Source: a virus
Lineage: Duplodnaviria; Caudoviricetes
Direction: 5' to 3' (one strand)
Virus record (IMG/VR): IMGVR_UViG_3300033418_000004
Span: 1 to 48,029 of that record
DNA length: 48,029 nt
The notes below the pieces were generated by a model. It searched no databases. It was not told where the DNA came from and saw nothing but the letters and a program-made list of their open reading frames with translations. Numbering within the stretch: position 1 is the first letter of the stretch; the number at the start of each line of letters is the position of its first letter. This document shows positions 16,541-28,200 of the stretch, piece after piece. The translations under genes were made by a program, and so were the position numbers.

Positions 16541-18903
16541 TGTATTCTACTATCAATCTACATGATGCTGATACAACCAAGAATCTGCTGCGTGGCGAGG
16601 CCAAAGCACAACTTGCTGTATTACGCAGGCAGATGCAGTTAGGTAAACTTACTGTAGGCACAAGGAAAGTTTACTACTCTACTGGCGTTGTTATATCATG
16701 CTCAATTAACTTCGGCAAAGAAGATATTATAATCTCACTTCCGTCTGGAGTTAAACAGCTTGGTATCGTTATTAGAACTCACCTAATCCGTGGTTTTGCT
16801 TGTGTGCCTAATTCCGCAGTAGGATTGTACGATATAGGTGATGCAAACGTTAGCAAGCGATTAGTATACAACGATGGCGCTTGGACGGTATCCAAGGGAA
16901 CAGTTAAGCAGTATATCACGGACGAACTAGGTGATACTAAAATAAGGTACAAAGAATCATCGCTGGACTGTGGTAATACTGATTGGAAAGGTCCTGTACT
17001 GCCAGAGGGAAACGCAGAGTCGAGAGTTATTTTAACCTGGCGCGGACCAGCTACAAGATACTTTCCTTTGAATTCCTCGAAGCATTATCCAAACTTAACA
17101 ACCATTGATACCGAGTATCTGTTATCGACGATCTATACTCCGTTTACACCCAATGTCTATGAAGGAGGAAAGATCCTTGCTATTGGTCCTAAAGCAAATT
17201 TTCCGTATTCTGATCTTGAACTAGACAATCACGCTCAGATACTTGGAGCAGCTAAGAACGCAAATGGCCACTTGTTTGTAATTGTCAAAGCATGCTATAG
17301 CAGCTTTGCTGGCTGGTGGACAATCGAGGAAGCAGGACAGACTCCGTACGGATACTACTCTTCCGAGAGTGAAGCAAATGGGCAGCTTGCTACAGCGCAG
17401 AAAAAATATCCACTCGCAGTTTTCTCGGTAGTCTTTAAACCGCGACCCGGACTTGGTTACTGGTACGAAGCATACAAAACCACAGGCGCTCCTGCAGGCC
17501 AGTTTAAGACTTTAGACTTTCCTAGCGGTTGGGAGTTACTTGCTATAGCTAAGGCAGATGAGCGGCCGAAGGTTTCTTGGTTCTTCAATGAGAGTGGAAC
17601 TGAAGCAAAGACTGTTGAGAGCGGAAGAGTATGGACGTTTAGTGGATCTGCTTTTAGTTCAGTTCTAGCTGGAGACTGGAAGTGGGAATCTGACGGAACG
17701 TATTCCGAGGAAAATGTTTCTGACGAAGTTAGTATTCCATTAGATGGAGGATTTGGAACAACAATTCCTGGATACCACGGCAAAAGCTTTTATGCTTATG
17801 ATAAGTTCTCTGAGGACTATGCAACTTACGTAGCACCTTGGGACGGCAAGCACATGCTTGGTCATTCCAAACAGGGAACTCTTACAATAACTAAGAGTGG
17901 AACGCAGATTGTTGCAGTGGATTATAAAGGGGATACGCCTGTTTATGCTGAAGTTACGGTAACTGGAACTAGCATAACAGACTATGATTATCTTGACTAT
18001 AGAAATATCTTTGGAATCTGTGCTTGGGTAGACGACGGAGAACCATCAGATCATATTCCTTCAGGGCACATAGACTACTTCTGGCAGAATGCGTCCTGGG
18101 TATCGGTGAATGATAGTTTTGTTGCTAATGTGTTCCAGATGTGTAGACCAGAAGTTGTCTATTCTATTTCTTGTGGTACTATAAATGAAGACGGTTTAGT
18201 TACTTCGTTGGCGTCTTGTTGTTCGCCATGTACTACGATGCCAATTACTGCTTACGCTGAAGTTACTAGTAAAGAAGGAACATTAAATCTTAGTAATACC
18301 CAAACAGTGGTATCAGTTGCTGGAGGAACATGGTCTGCTTCAACTCAAGAACCCCCATACAGTCCTGAAGGTTACGGGCTTAATGTTTGGCTGTATCCTT
18401 TAAATGATGGAACATACAGTGTCAATAACACAGACTGTGCTAGTATTAGAATAAAGATTACTTCATCTGGCTCAGCGTACGGCTGGATGCGAACAAATTA
18501 CTGCGGTACTAACGTAGGTCCTGCTCCTACTACCGGCTGGCATGGAACGCAGTACGCTAAAAGAACAGGATGGTACTGCTGGACAAACTGCTCTGGGCAT
18601 ACGTCGACTGGAGCACCGTATCCTAGATGGGGAAGTTCTTGTTCTCCTCCGGCGCAAGTGTGCTCTTCTGATTCTTCTTTTACCTATGGAAATTGTTCTG
18701 GCTGCAATGGGCATCAGTGGTATTATAGATGGATGGGTGGAAGTTCTCCTTACGGCTGTCCAGATGGTATAAAACCTGCATCTGGTGGTTACGACGGCAG
18801 TCTTATTGTTGTTGAGGATGGGTATGCTCGAGTGTACAGCCCTACGGACAAGGCAGCGCAGTATAATTACTACAATTGCACAATAGAGACTTTCTCATGT
18901 TAA
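16540..18903 (+). CDS. Tail-associated protein with Cys-rich C-terminal region (787 aa)
   Basis: Position after the nozzle gene; 17 Cys counted in the last ~295 aa. Confidence 0.7.
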   Translation: MYSTINLHDADTTKNLLRGEAKAQLAVLRRQMQLGKLTVGTRKVYYSTGVVISCSINFGKEDIIISLPSGVKQLGIVIRTHLIRGFACVPNSAVGLYDIGDANVSKRLVYNDGAWTVSKGTVKQYITDELGDTKIRYKESSLDCGNTDWKGPVLPEGNAESRVILTWRGPATRYFPLNSSKHYPNLTTIDTEYLLSTIYTPFTPNVYEGGKILAIGPKANFPYSDLELDNHAQILGAAKNANGHLFVIVKACYSSFAGWWTIEEAGQTPYGYYSSESEANGQLATAQKKYPLAVFSVVFKPRPGLGYWYEAYKTTGAPAGQFKTLDFPSGWELLAIAKADERPKVSWFFNESGTEAKTVESGRVWTFSGSAFSSVLAGDWKWESDGTYSEENVSDEVSIPLDGGFGTTIPGYHGKSFYAYDKFSEDYATYVAPWDGKHMLGHSKQGTLTITKSGTQIVAVDYKGDTPVYAEVTVTGTSITDYDYLDYRNIFGICAWVDDGEPSDHIPSGHIDYFWQNASWVSVNDSFVANVFQMCRPEVVYSISCGTINEDGLVTSLASCCSPCTTMPITAYAEVTSKEGTLNLSNTQTVVSVAGGTWSASTQEPPYSPEGYGLNVWLYPLNDGTYSVNNTDCASIRIKITSSGSAYGWMRTNYCGTNVGPAPTTGWHGTQYAKRTGWYCWTNCSGHTSTGAPYPRWGSSCSPPAQVCSSDSSFTYGNCSGCNGHQWYYRWMGGSSPYGCPDGIKPASGGYDGSLIVVEDGYARVYSPTDKAAQYNYYNCTIETFSC

Positions 18904-19298
18904 TTAACTATGCTCAAGCTTTAGCAGACCGCTTAGCTGCTGGGGAAGAATATATTACAGCAGAAGATTACGCTAAGATCCTTGTGTCTGAAGACCCAGC
19001 ATTAGATTACGAGAAAGTTCTTGCTTTGGTCTGGGCAGATATAAGGAAACCTGCTAGTGCTGTCGAAGTACCAGACGACTTTCCTTCTTTAACGGAACAG
19101 ATGAAATCTTTTTCTGGAGCATTAGTTGACTTTGTTGCTACCGGCTTTGAGACAGTTACTAAAGAAGATTACAAAAGAAGAATTGAAATTTGTAACTCTT
19201 GTGAAATGTATACTCATAAACGTTGTTTGCTGTGTGGTTGTTATATGCCAGCAAAGGCTTGGATTCCAGCACAAATCTGTAAAAAGGGAAGTTGGTAA
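18876..19298 (+). CDS. DUF6171-like Cys-cluster protein (true start probably ATG 18897)
   Basis: RRIEICNSC...RCLLCGCYMPAK...CKKGSW pattern. Confidence 0.7.
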   Translation: MHNRDFLMLINYAQALADRLAAGEEYITAEDYAKILVSEDPALDYEKVLALVWADIRKPASAVEVPDDFPSLTEQMKSFSGALVDFVATGFETVTKEDYKRRIEICNSCEMYTHKRCLLCGCYMPAKAWIPAQICKKGSW

Positions 19299-20344
19299 TG
19301 GGCTTTGATCCTGATTGGGAATGTTATCCTTATACAGCGAGACCAACTGGGGAGCAAGTAGACCTTAGTTATAGCCATGATATTACCTATGAAAGTGTGT
19401 TGAAGATTGATGGCAAAGAAGTACTGACTCTCTGTGACAGGACGAAACATTATTCACTTGAGTACCATAGGCTGACTGAACTTCATAATCCTTATATTAC
19501 TGATCTTAGTAATGGTATGGGGTCTGGAAGTGCTTCTGGCTATGAGCCAACAACGTATACTGAATCAGGAGCCGCAGCAGATGAAATAGATTACACTGAT
19601 GCTACAATTCTGTTTATGGACTTAAGAAATGACATTGTAGTATTTGAGCATACACGGTATTGGTTTACTGCATCAGGCACTGGCAATGCGCCATTATCAG
19701 TTTCTGCTGATATTGGTCAGACTCAGTTTGCTCCAGAAAGTATTCGTCTGGACGTAGTTGGAATTGATCTATCTCATACACTGTACAATACAGTTAAACA
19801 AGAGATACGACTTCCATTTAGTACTTTGTTCCCAATAGATAAGTCATCAAATACCTACCGCACAGTGCGTATAGGCGCGTCAGATCGAAGTGGTTTCTGT
19901 GGGACTATCGAAAGTTATGTCTGCTTGCCTTGGGGGAGTTATGGCACGGTTGATCTTAGTAAGCCTCATAGCACTAGCGGTTTGCCTAACGGTCTGGAGT
20001 ATACCCACCTTTATGACGAAAATCCAAGCGACTATCCTCTTGAATACTACCCGCACTGGAATGAAGTAGGTGGGACTAACTTAACTCGTGCTGATGCAGA
20101 ACTCTTTGCAAGTCTGTGGCCAAGTAATGGAATTCAATCTGGTCGTCTCGATGTTGGCTTCCCGTACAAAGAAGAGCCTATTGGTTCCTGGGCACTTGAT
20201 GCAGACAGCAATATCTTCCTTAGTATGAAGCACGAAGACGGTAGCTACACAAAACTCTTCGATGCTTTACATAACAATATCATATCGTTACCAGGGTTTA
20301 ATGTAATAGATACTGTGCCCTTTCACCCAATTGCTCCAATCTAA
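19292..20344 (+). CDS. Tail-associated beta-rich protein (350 aa)
   Basis: Coupled to the upstream ORF; acidic and aromatic composition similar to the 787-aa protein. Confidence 0.7.
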   Translation: MVMGFDPDWECYPYTARPTGEQVDLSYSHDITYESVLKIDGKEVLTLCDRTKHYSLEYHRLTELHNPYITDLSNGMGSGSASGYEPTTYTESGAAADEIDYTDATILFMDLRNDIVVFEHTRYWFTASGTGNAPLSVSADIGQTQFAPESIRLDVVGIDLSHTLYNTVKQEIRLPFSTLFPIDKSSNTYRTVRIGASDRSGFCGTIESYVCLPWGSYGTVDLSKPHSTSGLPNGLEYTHLYDENPSDYPLEYYPHWNEVGGTNLTRADAELFASLWPSNGIQSGRLDVGFPYKEEPIGSWALDADSNIFLSMKHEDGSYTKLFDALHNNIISLPGFNVIDTVPFHPIAPI

Positions 20345-20347
20345 TTC

Positions 20348-20377
20348 AAGCGGTGTCAATTTTTGACACGGTTACTG
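20348..20377 (-). repeat. Dispersed 30-bp palindromic element, copy 4
   Basis: Reverse complement CAGTAACC-GTGTCAA-AAA-TTGACAC-CGCTT; intergenic. Confidence 0.9.
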
Positions 20378-20388
20378 AGGAGAACACA

Positions 20389-21456
20389 ATGCCAGATCCA
20401 CCTGTAGCATCTATACTTGGCGACAGCTCAGGAATCTTTAATAATGCGTACGGAGCGTTACAAGCTAAGTACACCGACGCTGCTGCCTGGGCTGATTGGG
20501 CTGCAGATCTAGTTAACACGAATGTTACTTCGATCGCAACTGCTGTCGACTCGTTCGACATAAGTGGACTTATTGCGGCAGCAGAAAATGCTATCGCAGG
20601 TATTCCGACGTATACTCCAGGAACGATCACAGGATACGAACCTGGGGAACCGCCAAATACTGATATAGACTATACTTCGGAGAAGTTTGAAGAGCAATTA
20701 CTTACTACTCTTCAAGCCCAACTTGCGGCTAAGCTTACTACGTACAGTACTGGGCTTGGCGATGCCGAGACAGCGCTGTTTAATCGGGAAGTACAGCGAC
20801 AGAACGATATACGCGCTGCTGCGTATAACGAGTTGTGCAACCAGATGGACGATCTTGGATGGGACGTTCCTACTGGACGGTTGATTGCTAAGCAGACACA
20901 AGTTAATAACGAGTCTACTATGCGGCTTAGTGATTCAAGCGCAGCAATTATGGCTGAGTCTGCTCGCCTTGCTGTACAATTCAATCTTGGAATTTACCAA
21001 GCAGCAACTTCTGTGGTTGGTGTTCTTGGTCAGGTTTATGACTCTAATGAAATGCGAAAGTTTGAAAAAGGCAAAGCCCAGGTTATGGCGGCTATCGAGC
21101 GGTATAAAGCCGAAGTAACTAACAATCAAGTTGCTGCTCAGATGAGCATAGCAACTGAAGATACTATGGCCAAGTCGTTTGACATTGGCTCTAAGAAAGC
21201 TACAGCCACAGCACAACTTGCAGTTACAGCTATGCAGTCGGCTATTGAAGCTGCAATTCGACACTTCATGACTCAGGTCGAAGCGATGAAGAGTGTTGCA
21301 CAGAGCGCAGCGCAGATGGTTGCAAGCGCGCTTGGTAGCGTGAATGTTTCTGCTGCCTACGGAGCCAGTGGTCAAGCTTCTGAATATCTTGATCAGAATG
21401 TTAACGCAGGTCAGACTCGTAAATCTGAGTCTATTAACTACGAAGGGAAGGTGTAA
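20389..21456 (+). CDS. Helical virion protein (tail or internal/ejection protein)
   Basis: ATG 20389 after GAGGAG; Ala/Gln-rich helical composition. Confidence 0.65.
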   Translation: MPDPPVASILGDSSGIFNNAYGALQAKYTDAAAWADWAADLVNTNVTSIATAVDSFDISGLIAAAENAIAGIPTYTPGTITGYEPGEPPNTDIDYTSEKFEEQLLTTLQAQLAAKLTTYSTGLGDAETALFNREVQRQNDIRAAAYNELCNQMDDLGWDVPTGRLIAKQTQVNNESTMRLSDSSAAIMAESARLAVQFNLGIYQAATSVVGVLGQVYDSNEMRKFEKGKAQVMAAIERYKAEVTNNQVAAQMSIATEDTMAKSFDIGSKKATATAQLAVTAMQSAIEAAIRHFMTQVEAMKSVAQSAAQMVASALGSVNVSAAYGASGQASEYLDQNVNAGQTRKSESINYEGKV

Positions 21457-21458
21457 CT

Positions 21459-22232
21459 ATGTGGACTAATACTTATGACACTGATCTGCAAGCCGGCAGT
21501 AAAAAGATTCGTGAGAACGATATCGAGAAGGAACTGAAGAAGACGAAGATGGTAACTGAGGCTGAACTGGAAAAGCAGAGAATTGCTAATCAGGGCAGCA
21601 TCGAGCATGCTGGGGCTACAAGTAAAGGTGCCATTGAACTTGCTCTTGCCAAGAAAGAAGATATACAGAATCTTGCTCAGGCAGAAGCGTACAAAGGTAC
21701 TGCTAAGTATTACACTGCTGGAGCGGCTGGTCAAGATATTGCTAATAAGATTGCTGGTAAGTATGGTGATGCTATGCAGAATGAAAAGCTTATTCGTGAG
21801 AATTTGCTTAATGTACAAGGAGCTCAACTTGCCGGAGTTCCAGATGATTCTGTTGCTCGGATGCGGCAGTTGGTAGCTGAAGGCAAAGCAGAACCTGGTA
21901 AAGTATCTCTTCCTACTGCTACAACTACTCCATATTCTGGGCCGTCGTTTGCTCCTGAAACGTTTGATACCAAGGCAGCACATACGGCAGGTGCTGTTCG
22001 ATCAACTCCAAATATCTCCTTTGAGTCATTGAAGGAGTCAGCAGACACTGATATTCCAATCGTTACTGGCGCTAAGCGCGTAGGAAGATTAGCGCGTAAA
22101 GGTGCTGCACTTCCTCTTGCTGCTGGCATGGACGTTGTAAATAAGCCAGCGAACTTTGTTAACTGGGCCCTCGGAGGAAGTCCTACTTACTTCGACACTG
22201 AAAATACCAAACGCGTTCTTAACAGTAAGTAA
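21459..22232 (+). CDS. Probable internal virion/ejection protein (257 aa)
   Basis: Ala/Lys-rich; directly upstream of the giant internal protein. Confidence 0.6.
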   Translation: MWTNTYDTDLQAGSKKIRENDIEKELKKTKMVTEAELEKQRIANQGSIEHAGATSKGAIELALAKKEDIQNLAQAEAYKGTAKYYTAGAAGQDIANKIAGKYGDAMQNEKLIRENLLNVQGAQLAGVPDDSVARMRQLVAEGKAEPGKVSLPTATTTPYSGPSFAPETFDTKAAHTAGAVRSTPNISFESLKESADTDIPIVTGAKRVGRLARKGAALPLAAGMDVVNKPANFVNWALGGSPTYFDTENTKRVLNSK

Positions 22233-22242
22233 GGAGAGTCCT

Positions 22243-25200
22243 ATGTTCAATCTTGATGATGTTCTGTCTGGCAGTGGTGGATCGTTTGTTACTCGACACT
22301 CGCCAGAAGAGACGCAACTACTGACACTGGAGAAGCAAAAAGCTGATGTTGCAAATGACCCAGGTAAGATAGACGCTCTGGTCAGCAATGTCGCGGCACG
22401 GCTGAGTCCGGTGACAGCTAAGCCTAAGTACAACAAGTTTGCTACTAAGACTGAAGCACATGAAGCTAATATCCCTGAAGATCATCCCTTTAAGGGACAG
22501 GTTGAAAATATAAGGAATCAGTTCGAGCAAAGTTTGGCTGATCCGAGGAACGTTGGAAAGAGTGCTAAGAGGATTCTCTCTGAAACTGCTTCCAATGTTC
22601 TTGCTACTCCAGACGTAGAAGGCAAGACGGCACTGGAAAAAGCTCAGATGTATAAAGCTGCAAAGGATTCTGAGCTTACCAACTACTTTGGTTTGTTTGG
22701 AGAGAACAAGAAATATGCAGCTCTTCCAGGGCAAGCTGACTTCGAAGCAGCATTGAAAGAAAAGAAAGTTGAGTCGGAGGGAACTTCTACTGGTGAAGCT
22801 ATGGCTTGGGGAGCTGGCATCAAGTCGTTGGGTCTTGGTTATAAAGTTGCTAAGGCCTTACGTGCTGGTACCGCTGTGGGTGCCGCAGTTGGAGGTCCTG
22901 CCGGAGCAGCAGCCGGGCTTGCTGGCGCGGCTATAATGGCTATTCCTGAGTTCTTTGTATTCGACAAAGCAAAAGAGCTGGTAGATAACTCAATGTATGG
23001 CAAGACTCACGAAGGAACGTGGGGCAAGCTTGGCATTGAACTGGCTCTTGGTGTCGGTGCTATTGGTGGAGGACATAAGATTGTTAATAGTGTCGGAGGA
23101 AAACTGGTCAAGGAAGCATTAAGCAAAGGTCTTATAGAAGAAACCGCGCTGCCTACACTTAAGAAGGTTCCTTTCTTGGGCGGTGGTGTTGAGGCATTTG
23201 AAAAGAATCTTGCTAAAACACAAGCTAAAGCAGCAGAAGCAGCAGCTAAAGCGGCTGAGGCTGATGCTGCTGGACGCCAGACATTGCTTGATGCGCTTGA
23301 AGGAGATAACTATACCCGCCGTGTTGCTACTGCAATGGACTATGCAAGGCCGGTTATTCCCACAGGACTTGCTCCAATCTCAGTTACTCCTGAGGGTGTT
23401 GCACTTACTAAAGAAACTGATATACTTCGGTATGGCGTACTCCAAGATGCTGTTAAAAGTCCAGGTGCTCCTATTGGACTGCATGAAGCTGCAATTGCAG
23501 ATCTCGAAAAGATTTATGGCTCAAAACCTTTCATGGGCTTATCTGAACTAAGTGAACCTCAGTTCGAAAAGGTAATGGATAGGGTTGGTAAGGGAGTACC
23601 GCAGACTGTTGCTATGAACATGGAGGCAGCAGATATTGCTGCACTTACCAGTCGGATGGAGGCAGGCGCCAAGGAAGAACTGAAGCCGGCACTAGATATC
23701 GCCAAGACTATTGCTCGTGCAAGTGGAACAGCAGATGACTTTGTTAAAGAGTTGACTGCCGCGGAAGTCTTTGGTGGGACTGGAACACTTGACGCTAATG
23801 AACTCAAGCGTGTTCTTAATGCCAATGGAGTTAAAGGTCCGAAGGATCTCTTTAATAAAGCTAAACGACTTGTGGCTGAAGAGGCAGCAGCTGAACAAGA
23901 AAAGGCTGTAGCCGCTGCGGCAGTAACCCCGTCAAAAAATGACTTCGCTAAGAAGTTGGGAATGGGCTTAGTTGCTGGCGGCGCAGGACTTGGGGCGTTT
24001 GCTATCAATCCGGCAACAGGTGAAGTTGATACTGCTGAAGCAATTACGCCGGCACAATTCTATCGCCAAGCAGCAAAGGCTATGGAGTTACGAACAAAGT
24101 CTACTGCTCTCGCAGAGCTTCGTAGTGGTATTCAGGCGGCTCCTAATACTATGTTTGATAAAGTAGTTGCTGTAAAACCTTTCCGTGAGTTTGTTGCGAA
24201 AGTGTGGAAGGATCTCGGTGGAACTCCTGAAACAAAAGAACTTGCTTCTAATATGTACGGTAGAACTTCTGCTGTGCACGTACCAGAAGAAAGTTGGGTT
24301 GCTACCGGCGAAGGCAAGATTTATCTTAAACCTGGAACTGCTATTGTTGAAGGAAGTTCAGGAAGAAGCACACCAGGAAAAGTAGCTTTACATGAAGCTT
24401 CCCATAACGTTACTAGGATTAACACAGACTACTTAAATCAAATCAGATCAAGTCTGCCTGTCGAAGAAGTACAAGCATTGGAAAGTGCTACTGGGGCAGC
24501 TATGCCTAACGGTAGGGAAATGTTTGCTGAAGCGATGGCTAGAAAGTTATCTGGAGATAGCCTGTATGAGCGCTTTCCGGACCGTATGAAAGCTGTTGTT
24601 AAATTACAGTTGGACAGACTCGCCGATCCGACTTTGAAGATTACTAATGGGCTGGTTGCGAAGACCATCGCTAAGAAGGAGTTTAGTAATACTCCTGAGG
24701 TGATGGATGCTGCAGTAAAGAAGATGGATGAAATTGCTGCACCTAAGAAACAGTTATTTTCCCCGTTAAGTAAATACACTCCAGAAGAAGCAAATAGAAT
24801 TGTTGCTGCCGCAAGAGAGAGAATTCCATCCAACAGTAGATGGGTACATATACCTGATATTTCTGAGCCTATTAGTGGTACAGAACTGCGCCAGAGTTTA
24901 CTTAAATCTCTTGGCAACGAGTCTGGTGTAATGACTTGGGAGCAAGAAAAAGCGGTAATGGAAGCAGCCGGATTTAAGACCGATAGAGTTGTTGGTGTGC
25001 ATGGCACTGCTGGCAGTCATGATATACCTACAGTCGCAGGAAGCAGCACAAGTAATCTGTATGGCCCTGGGGTGTATATGACTCAGGGAAACCTCACTAA
25101 AACTGGGCATGTAATTGAAGATAAGCAAGGACTTATAGAAGCATTAAAGAAAGTTCGAGCCGAATCCAGTAACGATGGAATGAGTGTTACTGCTCGAACA

Positions 25201-28200
25201 AGTTCTCAAGCTCGTTGGCTTAGAAATAAGCTTGAATCAGGTGAAATGGCTATGCAGGATAGCCAGTACCTTGATGATTTTCTTGAAGAAGATCACGCTT
25301 TATATAATATAGTAAGGCCATTCGTCAAAGATACTCATACAGAAAATATTACTGGTGGGTACGCTGGGGAGTTAAGAGATAAATATGGAAGAATTCAATT
25401 CCACCCAAAAATCTCTGAAGCCTTAGCAGACGAAAATAGAAATCTCTATAAAAGTTTGATAGGTAAAAAGGCTTTAGAAGATATCATTGACCCTGTATCT
25501 GGCGATGTGTTAATGGGGAGTTATATTGACGACTACGGTATCGCCACATCGCGAGCACTTACTAAAGGCACAGAACTTACTAAGTACGATGTGCAGTCTA
25601 TTATTAATTCGGGCTTGGAGCGCTTTGATAGGTTTGTAGAAAATACTGTTATTCCAAAACGCATCAGTGAGCTTGAAGATCTAGGATACCGCCAATCAAG
25701 TGATAAACTTTTACCTGGAGATATTAAAAAGCTTCAAGCACTTGGAGCCGACTCAGGTCCTAACGTTCGTCCCCTTATCATGGAGCCTAAGAATGTCTTT
25801 GATATAGACAAGACTGTCGTACCTGCAACAGGAGCAAATTTAGGTAAGATTGGTGGCGATTCTCCGTTTGCTGGTTTTGACTTAAAGATAAATCATTTAG
25901 GGCAACCATATGTGGAGATGTTCGGTAGACAAACTGCGCTAAAACCTGAGATGCTTCCTGCTGAAATGCGACAAAAGTACGAAGCTGCTAGAATGCTCGA
26001 TGACCCTGCTATGGCAGCTATTAGGGATTTACGTGCTAAACAAATGGCTGAGTTGTGGGAGAAAGATCACCAGCCGGATACACATGGATTTTCTTGGGGT
26101 ACAAAGCAATATCCAGATAAAGAATCTTTGATCCGACACGACTGGAATTTATTTGTATCTGATAATCTCAGAACCAATAGAGATGTGTATTCTTATTTAG
26201 CTTCTGAGTTAGGCGGTAAGGATAAAGCTAATAAGTTTCTGGCAGAGCATGGATACGATACTATCACACACACCGGAGGAGTAAGTCGTAATGAGAATCA
26301 TCGAGTTTTTATAGCTCTTAAAGACGATGTAGTAAAACCTTACTTTACTGCTGTGTCTGAAGATGCAAGCAATTGGGCAATCAGACTTGCTCAAGTAGCA
26401 GCAGTTGCAGTTCCTGTTGGAGCAGCGTTAGCTGCAGCAGGATTTATCGCGCCATCAAATGCTGACGCTGGCACAATAGATACACTTACAAAGAAAGCTT
26501 TTACCGCCAAGCCTATTGCTGATGCGATTGCCAAGAAAGAAATTTCTTGGGTACAAGCACTTAAGAATGGCTGGATTGGAATGCCTTTGCCAGAAGGAGC
26601 AAAGGAAGTTGCTGTTCCGATGAAGATGATACCTACAACAGCTCCGCAAGTTCCACTTCCTACGGACAGGAGTATGACGGCAAGGCAACTTGGAACGGCC
26701 CTGAAGGAAACTGTTCTAAAGAGGAAGGAAGGTTTGCCTCTGGGAGTAGAACGGTTCACAACCCTGGCTTTCCAGTCGAAGTTATTTATCAATCAACTAC
26801 TGTCGCCAGAAGGGGGAGTTGTTGGAGCCATAGCTGCTGAGCTTGGACAGGGGCAGCAAGCTGTGTATCATAACACTGGCCTATTCATGGGCGCTATGGG
26901 TAACATTATCAAAGATCATCCGGAGGCAGCAAGGACAATTAAGGAAGCGCAGAAAGCAGTTAGGGCTTTTGCTGAGCGCGTCCAACCTCAGATGGAAGAA
27001 CAAGGAATGCTGGCATCCGTACTGGATAGCCGTGAGAAATTGCTAACTAACAGTGTTAGCAAGTTGAATAAGCTGCTCGAGTCAACTCCCACAAAGAAGC
27101 GAGGAGAGCAGTGGTTTGCTGATACCCAGACGAAGTTGTCAGAAGCACAGGCAGAACTTGAGTCAGTAGGAGCAGCAAAACAGAAACTTGGCTTTGATGA
27201 GAAGGCATTTAATGCTGCATACGATAGGGAAGTTATGCCCTTGGCGCAGCAGTTTCCTACCGTCAGATGGTCGCTGGCGTTAGATGATACAGCATCATTT
27301 GAGAAGAGACCCTGGTTGAAGGACTTGATTACTCAGGATGATCAGATTGCTATTGCGCACGCAAGAGGAATGTATGATCAATACGCTGCCCGGGCAACCG
27401 AAGCAGGACTCAAACCAATGTCTGGCCCATACAATAAGTACTCTCGTCTTGGTGGGGCTCCTGACGTAGAAGCGTTCTCCAAGAAGCTTGGGGCGATGGG
27501 AGTTAGCATTACTCCTGAGGAAGTGCATCGTGGACTGAACATGACCAAGTTCCATCACCGTGGAGCTTACGCGCAGAACTATATCCCTGAGTATGCGACC
27601 AACTTCAGTCAGTATGTTCCTGATACTGAGAAGAGAATCATGGGAGCTAGCTTCTGGGGTAAAGGCAAGGAGAATTCTTGGTGGGCTTTCAAGAATAATC
27701 CTATGATAAAGGGGTATGAGGATGTGCAAGGATTCTTTGACCGAATCAGTGAAGCATTCGCAGGCTACCCACAAACTAACTGGAACAAAGCAGCACAACT
27801 GTATTCGACCGCAGAAACCTTCCGGCTGCTTGGAGGACTGCCATCCGCACCATTCAAGCACTTGTTCAAACAGCTCGGCGTGTTGTCGCAGTATGGCACT
27901 GACGCATTCAAGCAGTTGCCCAAAGCAACAGGAATTGCTGTAAAGAATGCTGCCGCACAGTTGCTTGAAGAAGTCCCGGGCCTTAGAAATCTTGGACTGA
28001 AAGTTGGAAGAAGTTCTGAGGACTTAGTACTTGCAAACTTCACGCAGATGCATAACTTTATTTCAGTGTTTGATGATCTCGGAATTGACTACGCGACAAG
28101 AAGTAAGTTCATGGATAATCTAAACAAGGTTACACAGGCATCGACCAGCATGATCACTGGTATAGAGATGGTCGACAGGAGTAACAGCTTCCTAGCTGCC

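Noticed and set aside
16540-18903. Diversity-generating retroelement target, or multiheme cytochrome
   Set aside because: No reverse transcriptase or template/variable repeat pair was seen, and the Cys-rich region has no CxxCH
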